Positions 28,480 through 37,600 of a stretch of DNA of 64,000 nucleotides are shown here, piece after piece (within the stretch, counting starts at the first letter, position 1; each line of letters starts with the position of its first letter). Origin of the DNA: Candidatus Poseidoniaceae archaeon (GTDB lineage Archaea > Thermoplasmatota > Poseidoniia > Poseidoniales > Poseidoniaceae). The stretch covers positions 2,313-66,312 of the forward strand of contig JBMYVD010000004.1 of assembly GCA_049606035.1 (NCBI GenBank), given 5' to 3'. The notes beneath the pieces are model-generated. The model was not told the origin of the DNA. It did no database searches and worked only from the letters and a program-made list of their open reading frames with translations. The position numbers and the translations under genes were made by a program.

Positions 28480-29604
28480 CTATCCTCTTCTTTCAGAAGC
28501 ATCGTCCATTATTCTGTCAACTACGTCTTTTGTTCCTGACAAACTAGCACGTAGTTGTTCGAGAGATTTTCTTGTTGCTTTATCGAATTTTTTCGGCATG
28601 TGGAGTTTGCACAATACAACAACATCTCCTCTTCCAATACCACGACTTGACGGCACCCCTCTAGAATTAATTGTAATCGTATCTCCAGAATTTGTTCCTG
28701 CAGGGACTTTGATTAGCAAATCCTTGCCATCGATATGTGGAAGTTTCACAGTCGTACCCAAGGCAAGGTCACTGAATCCAAGAGGTAGCGACATTATCAA
28801 GTCCATACCATTCCTTTCAAACCATGGATGTTCCTCAACAATCAGTTCTATGAATAAATCACCTGGAATACCCCGTCCAAAGGGAGCAGGCTGTCCTTTT
28901 CCACGCATTCGTAAGCGAGTTCCATCTTGAGCACCAGGTGGAATATTGAATCGTAGAACCTGAGATTCACTTTGAGTTCCACCACCTGAACAGGGCTTAC
29001 ACCTATCTTTGAATGTTCTACCTGAACCATTACAATTTGGACAACTACGGACTGAATCTTGAACGAATGGCCCAATCTGTTGCCGAATTCTAACCTGTCC
29101 CGAACCATTACATTCTGAACACTGAGATGTTACTCCTCCCTTTGCTCCTGTACCCTCACAGTCCGAGCAAATTGTAGGCAAATCGATTTCTATCTCGTCC
29201 TTGCCACCTTCGAGAACAGATTCCAATGAAATCTCGTGCCGAACCAATATATCGTTGCCTTGGCTTTGTGCAGACCTCCTGCGGCCACCGCCAAAAATAT
29301 TGGAAAAGAAATCTCCACCCAATATGTCATCAAGATTGATATTGAATCCTTGGAATCCTCCGGGACCAAACGGAGAGCCACCGGGTGAATTATGGCCAAA
29401 TCTGTCGTAATTTGTACGCTTTTCAGAATCTGACAGAACAGCATATGCCTCTTGAATTTCTTTGAATTTTTCATCAGCATCTGGTGCATCGTTTTTGTCA
29501 GGATGATACTTTCTAGCCAGTGACCTAAATGCGTTTTTTAGCTCCTTATCGTCTGCATCCTTGGCGACTCCGAGAACCTCGTAGTAGTCTCGCTTCTCTG
29601 ACAT
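28480..29604 (-). CDS. dnaJ: Chaperone DnaJ (type I)
   Basis: J domain DYYEVLGV...KYHPDKN, a G/F-rich region, and four CxxCxGxG repeats ([32 protein letters not shown]). ATG at 29604. Confidence 0.9.
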   Translation of the reverse strand: MSEKRDYYEVLGVAKDADDKELKNAFRSLARKYHPDKNDAPDADEKFKEIQEAYAVLSDSEKRTNYDRFGHNSPGGSPFGPGGFQGFNINLDDILGGDFFSNIFGGGRRRSAQSQGNDILVRHEISLESVLEGGKDEIEIDLPTICSDCEGTGAKGGVTSQCSECNGSGQVRIRQQIGPFVQDSVRSCPNCNGSGRTFKDRCKPCSGGGTQSESQVLRFNIPPGAQDGTRLRMRGKGQPAPFGRGIPGDLFIELIVEEHPWFERNGMDLIMSLPLGFSDLALGTTVKLPHIDGKDLLIKVPAGTNSGDTITINSRGVPSSRGIGRGDVVVLCKLHMPKKFDKATRKSLEQLRASLSGTKDVVDRIMDDASERRG

Positions 29605-29656
29605 GATATCACCTCGTACAATATATCTGGTAGGGCAGGGGTTCTTCAGTCCAACG

Positions 29657-30574
29657 CTACAATTCACTTCCACAATTCATGCAAAATCGCTCTCCTACAG
29701 AGTTTGGAGCATTGCAAACTCTGCATGTTGGTTTTGGAGCGAACCCAGAGTTTAGGTCATTGGGTTTTGTTGAAGAAACACCAAATGCCATCTCCTCTAT
29801 TGAAACACCTCTTTGAACAGGTGTACTAACCTGATTCGTTTCCTCATCGATAGTTACAGATTCTGCACCATATTCTGTCATAGAAATCATTTCCATTGGC
29901 ACTGGCTTCTTCTCCTCGGACTCTATTGGCTGGATTGGAGCAATAGGCCGTTGGGCTATCACAGGTGATTGATCACTCCTTGCCTGTAACTTTGCTCGCT
30001 TTGTTGAATCCCTTTCCGCTTTTCGATCTCTGCCTCTGAGTGATGCAATCCAATCCAAGAATGAATCCATGGGTGAAGGTTTTCTGACTGAACCAACCGT
30101 AGAATTTACTCCACTCTCTCCAAATTGTTCATCCCCCGAGACGCGTGCCTGAGCTCGCCTAACGTGTTCAGCGTCTACCAGCATTTCAACATGGACTTCG
30201 GTGTCGATTTCTGTCTCTGTTTTAGTAGAATAAGAAGCGACTGCTGAACCAACTTTACCTTTGAGGTTAGCCTCTGCTTCCATTGAAAGGTTGGTATCCA
30301 TAACTACGTCTTTTTCCCAAACACCACTTTCTTCTGCTTTGAAGTGGCCTCCCACAGATTTGACAGCACGACTCCTCTGCCATTCATGGTCTCGAACAAC
30401 TCTAGTCCTTCTGTATAGAAGATAACCTACTCCAAACGCCCCTATGTGTAACCCGATATCTAGGTTGGTGGATACTGCCATCATTTCTCCAAGTGGATCT
30501 ACGATAAACCTCAATGCGTTAAGTACGATTACAGGTGTGAATAACATCACTACGGAAGTAACCTGTCTCGCCAT
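29657..30574 (-). CDS. Hypothetical membrane protein with a C-terminal zinc ribbon
   Basis: Two N-terminal TM helices, a charged middle region, and a C-terminal [22 protein letters not shown]. Confidence 0.55.
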   Translation of the reverse strand: MARQVTSVVMLFTPVIVLNALRFIVDPLGEMMAVSTNLDIGLHIGAFGVGYLLYRRTRVVRDHEWQRSRAVKSVGGHFKAEESGVWEKDVVMDTNLSMEAEANLKGKVGSAVASYSTKTETEIDTEVHVEMLVDAEHVRRAQARVSGDEQFGESGVNSTVGSVRKPSPMDSFLDWIASLRGRDRKAERDSTKRAKLQARSDQSPVIAQRPIAPIQPIESEEKKPVPMEMISMTEYGAESVTIDEETNQVSTPVQRGVSIEEMAFGVSSTKPNDLNSGFAPKPTCRVCNAPNSVGERFCMNCGSEL

Positions 30575-30615
30575 CTAATCTCTCCTTATCCGTTTCATCA
30601 ATGAAAGTTTGTGTA

Positions 30616-31623
30616 TCATGTACGGTCAGTTGGTGCCTTACCGCTTCTAATCAAACCATCAAACATACCAATTGTAAATGCAGTGTGGAGCATTACCAAA
30701 CAGATTGGTATACCAATAAAGCATGAAAGGCGAGACTTAGAGTATACTAATCCTGAAATTAGCAGTGCGATTAGGTAAGCAACTGGAGCATACCACCACT
30801 CAGGTAAAGCGAATATAAGGACGAGGCCAAAAAGTGGTAATAATTCTCTCAGGTCCATTCTTTTTGGGTGTTTTAGTACGACCTTTGTTCGCCAGAAACC
30901 ATACCTGTGGCACATTTTCCACCAATTTTTGAGAGAAGAACGTTTGTGCATGTAAACACAGGAAACATCCGAGCGCCATAGTTGCCATCCCGATGAAATT
31001 AGCCTCATCGACAAATCACTATCTTGACTAGTAATGAATCTCTCATCCCATCCATCTACCGATTTCAGCGCTTCGACATTGTGCAAACAGAATGCTGGTA
31101 CCTTTGTCTTATGACGGCCTTCGAATCTTTGGAATTGGCCACCACCAGAACCGATTGGAGACCTAAGAGCACCTTCAATCCATGAAGAAACGTGACCTTC
31201 AGAATCTGCAGGTTCAGTTAAACAGCCAATCGCTCCAACCTTTATCCCCAAGGTTGACTCAAGGTCAATTAGGTCATTCACTCTCTTCTCGACATGGTCC
31301 CTATCTATCCAAGAATGACCAATGATTTCAAGGCAATGTGTAATGTCGTCATCTAAGTTTTCTAACGCTAGATTTCTTGCGTTGGGAACACGCTTTCCGG
31401 GATTATCGATTACACTAATAGAGTCGCCATAACTACCAAGAATATCAAGTGTTGAATCTGTTGAACCACCATCGAGCACAATTATCTTGACTGGGAAAGT
31501 TTGTGCTAGGAGACTATCGATACATCGCTTGATGAACTTCTCTTCATTTAGAACGGGTATAACTGCGCATACCCGAATCTGCATGGACATTCCTGTTTGA
31601 CTTCTAGTTGTCAATGTTAGCAT
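30616..31623 (-). CDS. Family 2 glycosyltransferase with C-terminal TM helices
   Basis: VCAVIPVLNEEKFIKRCIDSLLAQTFPVKIIVLDGGSTDST is the GT-A fold N-terminus with a D.D motif. The start may instead be an internal ATG at 31590 or 31584. Confidence 0.8.
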   Translation of the reverse strand: MLTLTTRSQTGMSMQIRVCAVIPVLNEEKFIKRCIDSLLAQTFPVKIIVLDGGSTDSTLDILGSYGDSISVIDNPGKRVPNARNLALENLDDDITHCLEIIGHSWIDRDHVEKRVNDLIDLESTLGIKVGAIGCLTEPADSEGHVSSWIEGALRSPIGSGGGQFQRFEGRHKTKVPAFCLHNVEALKSVDGWDERFITSQDSDLSMRLISSGWQLWRSDVSCVYMHKRSSLKNWWKMCHRYGFWRTKVVLKHPKRMDLRELLPLFGLVLIFALPEWWYAPVAYLIALLISGLVYSKSRLSCFIGIPICLVMLHTAFTIGMFDGLIRSGKAPTDRT

Positions 31624-31659
31624 AATAAATTCATTGAGTAAGTAGTTCTGGGGGGTTAC

Positions 31660-32166
31660 ATGCCGAGGCTGAAACTAACCGCTATCGACGAAGGTTACAC
31701 TGTAGTGGTATCAACCAGGCTACTTGGAGCAGATGACCCGAGTATAGTTTTCGATGCAATATTGAAATTGTTTCCTGATTTCACGTGCGGTCTGCCAGAA
31801 AACCCAAAATTCCCTAGCGAACAAGATGACATATTGGCATCGGATAATGTTAGCATGCAAACATTCCTTGAGGTAATTCACAATCAGTTTATTCTTGACA
31901 CAGCCCTAGACTACATGTCTGCAAACCTAGACGAGAATGGAACCGTATTTCACATTTCGAGGCAGGCTGCAATGGCTGGGAAAGTCGCTTTTCCACTTCC
32001 CGGAGAAAACCCACTAGGAGGCCTAATTACAATAGAAATCGAAGGAGATAATTTGGGTGATTGGCTAGAAGCTGCTACTTGGCATAGCGGCCGTGAAAAC
32101 ATACCCAGAAGAATTGGTGATGAATTTTCTATGCAAAGTGATGGTGATGCTTCAACCTGGCACTGA
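31660..32166 (+). CDS. Possible UPF0201/DUF54-type RNA-binding protein
   Basis: VVVSTRLLGADDPSIVFDAILKLFPDF and FHISRQAAMAGKVAFPLPGENPLGGLITIEIEG resemble my recollection of that family (..PTED..KV..AI.NLFP.. and ..KQAA..G.V.F....PLG.I.V.I). This is not verified. Confidence 0.4.
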   Translation: MPRLKLTAIDEGYTVVVSTRLLGADDPSIVFDAILKLFPDFTCGLPENPKFPSEQDDILASDNVSMQTFLEVIHNQFILDTALDYMSANLDENGTVFHISRQAAMAGKVAFPLPGENPLGGLITIEIEGDNLGDWLEAATWHSGRENIPRRIGDEFSMQSDGDASTWH

Positions 32167-33076
32167 TGGCTTCGGCAATATCCCTGTCAGGTCCAAGCCA
32201 ATCTACTTCATCAGGGCCATCACACCACTGTGTTTTGTCGTGAACGTGTAGTTTCATTACTCCACTGGAGATGAAGCACTCCATAACGTGAAGTCGTACA
32301 ACAACATCACCGTGGTCAAAAATCCATTTGCCAATCATTTCACCTGTTGTAACATCGAGTTCTAACTCTTCTTTGATTTCTCTAATCAAACACATTGAAG
32401 TATTTTCACCATCCTCAAATTTGCCGCCAGGAAATTCCCACCAACCCGCATGCTTCTCTGATTGGGCCCTTCTTGCCGCCAAGAACTTGCCATCCTGAAT
32501 AATTGCTCCCGCACCAACATCGAGACAAGGTGGTCTGAGCATGCGATCTAAGCACTGTAATGCAAGGCCTTTTGCATCGCTTTGCGTTAACGGCAAGTGA
32601 AGGAAAAAACAAGGCGTTCCATCAGAAATTTTCATCAAAGTTCTGTAAAGAGTCTCGTTGCAGATATATTCACCTGCGTCCTCACTTATCACTGGTGAAT
32701 CAATCATCGAAGATATGTCCCAATCATGGTGGTTAATGGTTGAAAATAAGTCCCCCTGCCCCCTTATTTTCGAATTACTAGCCTGTCTTCCTGAATTATC
32801 AGGGATTCTAAAATCCAGTATATCTCTTGCCTTGATTTCAATTCGAGGGTGTGCGGAATTAGCAGCCAAACCAATGTGAAGAATTGCAGCAAATTCCTCC
32901 TCCTCCAGCATGCAAGCAACTCTATTGCTACCCTCAAAGTCTACTGAAAGAACTAGTGAGCGTATTTTGTGCCCACGTACATCCATGCCTTCAAGAGATT
33001 TAGCAACACTCTCGGACACGTTTATTTCATGTTCGCCGAATGCTTCGAAGCCGGTAACGAGAATCGGCTTCGCCAT
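32129..33076 (-). CDS. Fusion protein: pyroglutamyl peptidase I (C15) domain plus Nudix (MutT-like) hydrolase domain
   Basis: N-terminal MAKPILVTGFEAFG with triad contexts HPRIEIKA (Glu), DAGEYICNETLY (Cys) and FFLHLP (His). The C-terminal domain carries the Nudix box GGKFEDGENTSMCLIREIKEELEL, preceded by GWWEFPGG. Confidence 0.8.
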   Translation of the reverse strand: MAKPILVTGFEAFGEHEINVSESVAKSLEGMDVRGHKIRSLVLSVDFEGSNRVACMLEEEEFAAILHIGLAANSAHPRIEIKARDILDFRIPDNSGRQASNSKIRGQGDLFSTINHHDWDISSMIDSPVISEDAGEYICNETLYRTLMKISDGTPCFFLHLPLTQSDAKGLALQCLDRMLRPPCLDVGAGAIIQDGKFLAARRAQSEKHAGWWEFPGGKFEDGENTSMCLIREIKEELELDVTTGEMIGKWIFDHGDVVVRLHVMECFISSGVMKLHVHDKTQWCDGPDEVDWLGPDRDIAEAISARLKHHHHFA

Positions 33077-33152
33077 GTGTCATCTCAGTAATAGCACTGC
33101 AATGAGTATTTGCGTCGCCACATTGACAAGTGACACCACTTTGGACAATACG

Positions 33153-33491
33153 ATGCAGGACGATGATATGGCTCTAGAAGTAGTCGTCCCAGTAGAGGAA
33201 AAAGACGTCGATTCTATTGCATTAGGAAAGACAATTTGGAATGAGATTACGGCTGGAGTTGGAATATGGGGGGCATTTAGACCAGTCTTTGCAGTAGCAT
33301 TATCCCTTGTTCCATTTTTGTTCCTAGGCCAACATTTCAATCGAAAACATCGAAGAGGGTTTGATTGGTTTTTGCTTCAGATACCGCTAGCATTCACGCT
33401 AGTACTTTGGGTACTGCTTTACGTCTGGTCGGTGTTTGATGCTTGGAGAGATGCTAGCGTCAACGTCGCAAACAGTCATGACCAAAGTTGA
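33153..33491 (+). CDS. Small hypothetical membrane protein
   Basis: 112-aa version starting MQDDDMALE.. with two hydrophobic helices. The upstream part of the track ORF overlaps the pcp-nudix gene on the other strand. Confidence 0.4.
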   Translation: MQDDDMALEVVVPVEEKDVDSIALGKTIWNEITAGVGIWGAFRPVFAVALSLVPFLFLGQHFNRKHRRGFDWFLLQIPLAFTLVLWVLLYVWSVFDAWRDASVNVANSHDQS

Positions 33492-34234
33492 TCACTGCAC
33501 TTTAGATCACCACTAGCCATACCCTCGAGGTCAGCTTTGTCATCATCATCGAACTCATCAGGGATGCTTCCCGAAAAGATATTCCCGATACTAGTGCTTT
33601 CAATAGCCCAGTACATCACAGAGTCATCATTACTTGAGTGACCTGGATGGTCGGGGTCTTCGTGGTCGATTGGAGAAGTGTATACCAAATTGACCAAACC
33701 CAGCAAGTGACCCGCCTCATGAACAGTGACTGCTCTTTCTATTTCCTCTGCAGATGGACGTCCCAAGAAATTTTCAGAATCTTCAATTGAATCCTTGAAC
33801 ACTGCAACAGTAGATGCATCTACTGCAACACCTAACACAGAATCATCATTGTAGGTACCCTTAGGGAATAAGAAATACCAGTTTAGGGTATCAGAGCCCA
33901 TTGCATCATCGCCATGTTTCCATCTGGCATCGCGCACGTCGTTTGCGCTCCATGAGTTGTCTTCCTTGAAATCAACCTCTCTAGCGACGATTTGAATTCC
34001 GTTTGGTTTGTCACAAACCTGATTTAATCTTGTTTTGAGCAGGTCCATCGCCACTGGGTCATATCCGTTTTCAAACAGGAAATGGATTTTCATCCCCTCA
34101 AATCGATCATCTTGAAGGCAAGCCAATGCTAGTCCACCTGGGATTCCACGCTTTTCTTCAAACAATTCTTCTGTTCCGAAACAACCTGTGAGGCTGCTAG
34201 AAAATAGTACAAAGATAACAAAGACTACTCGCAT
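33476..34234 (-). CDS. Secreted zinc metalloprotease (HExxH, metzincin-like) with a lipobox
   Basis: MRVVFVIFVLFSSSLTGC carries an L-T-G-C lipobox. HEAGHLLGL...HEDPDHPGHSSNDDSVMYW gives the zinc site and a possible Met-turn. Confidence 0.7.
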   Translation of the reverse strand: MRVVFVIFVLFSSSLTGCFGTEELFEEKRGIPGGLALACLQDDRFEGMKIHFLFENGYDPVAMDLLKTRLNQVCDKPNGIQIVAREVDFKEDNSWSANDVRDARWKHGDDAMGSDTLNWYFLFPKGTYNDDSVLGVAVDASTVAVFKDSIEDSENFLGRPSAEEIERAVTVHEAGHLLGLVNLVYTSPIDHEDPDHPGHSSNDDSVMYWAIESTSIGNIFSGSIPDEFDDDDKADLEGMASGDLKCSDQLWS

Positions 34235-34242
34235 TTTCTCAC

Positions 34243-34665
34243 CTAAAAATCATCTGGAATTTCTGTTGGGCTAAACAATTGTCCAGGACCTGCTGCCTGA
34301 GATAATTGGTTCCTTGCAAGGTGTTCCCATGAGCGCATTACTCCCAAAGCATCACTTACCAACATTTGTTCTTCTTCCAAAGTTACCCTTATCAATGTAT
34401 CAAGAATATCCATTCTATCCCTATCAACCAATGAAAGTGCCTTCTCTAAGTCAAAACTTGCACTACTCTCTACTGGCTGAGAGTCAAGTGGCCAAGGCTC
34501 AGCCAAGTTGTCAGGCAGTTCATTCGTGTGCTCTTTTAGTTGTGATAACAAACGATTTGTCCACCTTGAAATCACCAAACTTGTCTCCAAAATTGGCATG
34601 TTTAGTTGGTTGATTAGATTCACCAACCTCTCTTGCAATGTGACCATTGAATCTGCGCCACTCAT
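34243..34665 (-). CDS. Hypothetical small acidic cytoplasmic protein
   Basis: 140-aa ORF packed 17 nt after the giant gene's stop and 8 nt before the metalloprotease start. It has no signal peptide and no recognised motif. Confidence 0.55.
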   Translation of the reverse strand: MSGADSMVTLQERLVNLINQLNMPILETSLVISRWTNRLLSQLKEHTNELPDNLAEPWPLDSQPVESSASFDLEKALSLVDRDRMDILDTLIRVTLEEEQMLVSDALGVMRSWEHLARNQLSQAAGPGQLFSPTEIPDDF

Positions 34666-34682
34666 CTGAATACCTCAAATGT

Positions 34683-37600
34683 TCACTTACTATTTTGTAA
34701 ATATTGGTGACCATAATGGTTCCATTGTTCCATAGTCCATCCCTCGGGCAAGCCAGTTGGAGGCAATGGAGGTGGTGCAGCGCCTGCACCTTGTGCCGGA
34801 AGCGGAGCGTTCTGCACAGGAGATACAGGGGCAGCTTGCTGGATTTCAGGAACCAACTTTGTATCCATGTTCTCAATGACTTCAGCAGTCTGGTCAGATT
34901 CGTCAACTTCCTCGCCACGGCGAATCCTGCGCATCTGTACCATTGTCCAAACAGCGAACGACATTGAGACCAATGCAATCAGATACATGATTACTGATAA
35001 CTGTGAATCTGCAACCTGATTCGCAAGTGCAGTTCCATCTCTCTCAATTTCTTCTTTTACAAGGAGTGGTGAGATTGAGATTCTTTCTTTCTCAACTCCT
35101 GAGTCTAGAAGTAGTATCCTGTGTTCTAGTGTCTCACCTACTGCTCCGTCTGCTGTGGCGTCTAACTTAACTTGGGCCTTCTTCCCACTAGAAATTTCTA
35201 TTGACGAGGAGGAGATAGTTGCCCAGTCATCACCCGAAACAAGTCTTTGTAGAACAAATGTTACAGTTCCTGATGCTCCAGTGTTTCTAGCTTCGATGGT
35301 AAGTGATACTGCTTCATCTGGATTTGGAGTTGGGTTAGACCATTCCCATGTAGTATCCGCCGCTCTCAGACTAACTTCAGGACCTGTCAATGCTAGTGGC
35401 CAGGATGCCAATGGGTCAGAGACAGTGTTTCCTTCACTGTCGTAAGGATTTCCTGACTCATCTGAACCTGTAACCCAAATGTCGATTGTGTACGATGGAA
35501 GGAGCATGGTAGCACCTCCATCTGTCAAGTCGAGATATCCTGTCCAGAAGAATTGGTCTTCGAATGGTGTGGTATCGGGTAGAGGAGACGAACCTCTGCT
35601 GATTTCCGCCTCGCCTGCCCTAACAAGGTAATGCAATACTGCAGGATCTTCAAGAGAGAATCCTTGGTCATCTCGTGTTTCAAGCATGACTTGCAGGTTG
35701 TTTGCAAGGGAAATCGGAATTTCCTGATTAGGTTCTATTCCGCCTAAGGTTACGGCGTGAATTGTTGGCCTCTCACTGTCGACTGCCAACCTTAGCCTTG
35801 GTTTGAATTCGGATTCATCTTCAGCAAGTCCGGGCAGGTCAGTCAATTTAGCACGTAGATCGAGGTGACCACTCCTAACATCTGGCACAAGCATGTCAAT
35901 GCTGAAATATCCCCCTTCCCTGCTCGTAGTTGTCCATTCATTTTCAAAATCTCCAAGCGAGATTGTGAAGGACCCCGCTGGAGCGGGTGTCTCATCTTCG
36001 GAGAAAATTACTCTTCCACTGAAGCGAAGAGCTTGTCCAGCACCGATTAGGGTCTCATCAAATTCAGGATTGTAATGGTTAGTCCCATCTCGCAACTCAA
36101 TAGCAAGAATGTGACCTGGCTGGGTATCAAAGCGTAGGTCATTATCCAAACTCCATAAATCATTGCCCAGACCTGCTTTGTGTATGTTACATGGAAGGTC
36201 TGTGTCAATTCCACACGACTTATCCTCAATCCAGACTTTCGGAATGAAGTGCTCATTACCGTTCGTGTCCCATACCTCTGGGAAGTTCCAAGTGAGTTGG
36301 AATTTAATCGATACAATCATTCTGGATTGGCTCTCAGGGTCCAAAATAATGGAAGAGTATAGGTTGGAAACAGCCAATCCCGTACCTCCACTCTCAAGGT
36401 GCATCTGTGGCATTCCCTCCGAGTTTTGTGAAATGTAAGCAAAAATTGAGGTTTCATCGTCATCGAAGTCTCCGGCTAGAGCTAATTGCACAAATTCTAC
36501 GTCCCACCAGCCATTGATATCCGAAACCATGAAAGTTGCAGTATATGGAATTCCAGGATGTAATGGGGCCATATCATCGTGTCCTGTTATTGTTGAGTTA
36601 TCTACATCCATAATCGGTTCGAACTCCTCGCGAATTGTGTACCATGAGAGAGAGTTATCCCAATCGGGTTTGACTTCACCTGGCTTGTCACCACAGAATC
36701 CACCAGGTTCTATGTCACAAACTGGGGAACCACCCATGGCAATGGTATTATTTTGACCATCTTTCCCTGTAACATAGAAGGCTACTTTATCGCCATGAAC
36801 AAGCATCGAATCATCTATCAATCCGTTGAAAACGTTCAAACCACCCGGTAATATTTCAGGAGTGGTTAGAGTCTTTGAGCGATATTCAATCGGCTCTGGT
36901 AATCCATTGAAATTAGAATCATCACATCTTTCATTGACTCCTGCCTCACAACCAATCCAGTAGTGAAGGTCTACAGTTTGAGGAGGAGCAACCGAATCCT
37001 GGATGATTATTTCAATCGCTTGTCCGCCGGGAGAGGGAGGACCTTTGTGCATCTCTGATGATATTTCAGGACTTGCGAAGAGTACCAATGGTGCATTGCC
37101 GTCAAAAATTAACTTGATTGTATTGTAGCCCGGGTTGACATATGTTGAACCATTTTCAAGGTCGATTGCTTCTACGTATAATACCATGCCACCTGGTTCA
37201 GATTCTATTGGGGATGCAAAGGTCATATTATACTGGCCAAATCCAGGATTTCCTTCAGTATGAAGTACAGTAGGTTCTCCAATAGGGTCACCGTCGTAAG
37301 TTACATTTTGACCAATAACTCTGAGTGTAAATTCACCCGCCCTTGGTGAGAATGCTGAATTTTCAAAGTTGATTCCTCCAGTAATCGAGATATTCAATCC
37401 TCCTCGAACCCAATCGCCGGAAAACAATCCCCTTCCTGTTTCTTCCCAGACCCTCATACCGTCTAGTTGGATATCGTTCTCAATGTTCAGAGCGAGCGTA
37501 TCTGTTGTCCAACCACTCACTTGTGGACCTAGGTCATCGTTCAAGGAAACTATTGCTTCCATCTTCCTCTCATCATCCCATGTCCAATTGACACGGAGTG

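Noticed and set aside
34520-34978. 152-aa minus-strand ORF spanning the end of the giant gene and the start of the 140-aa gene
   Set aside because: It is out of frame with two better-supported genes and overlaps both. The translation looks basic and low-complexity.
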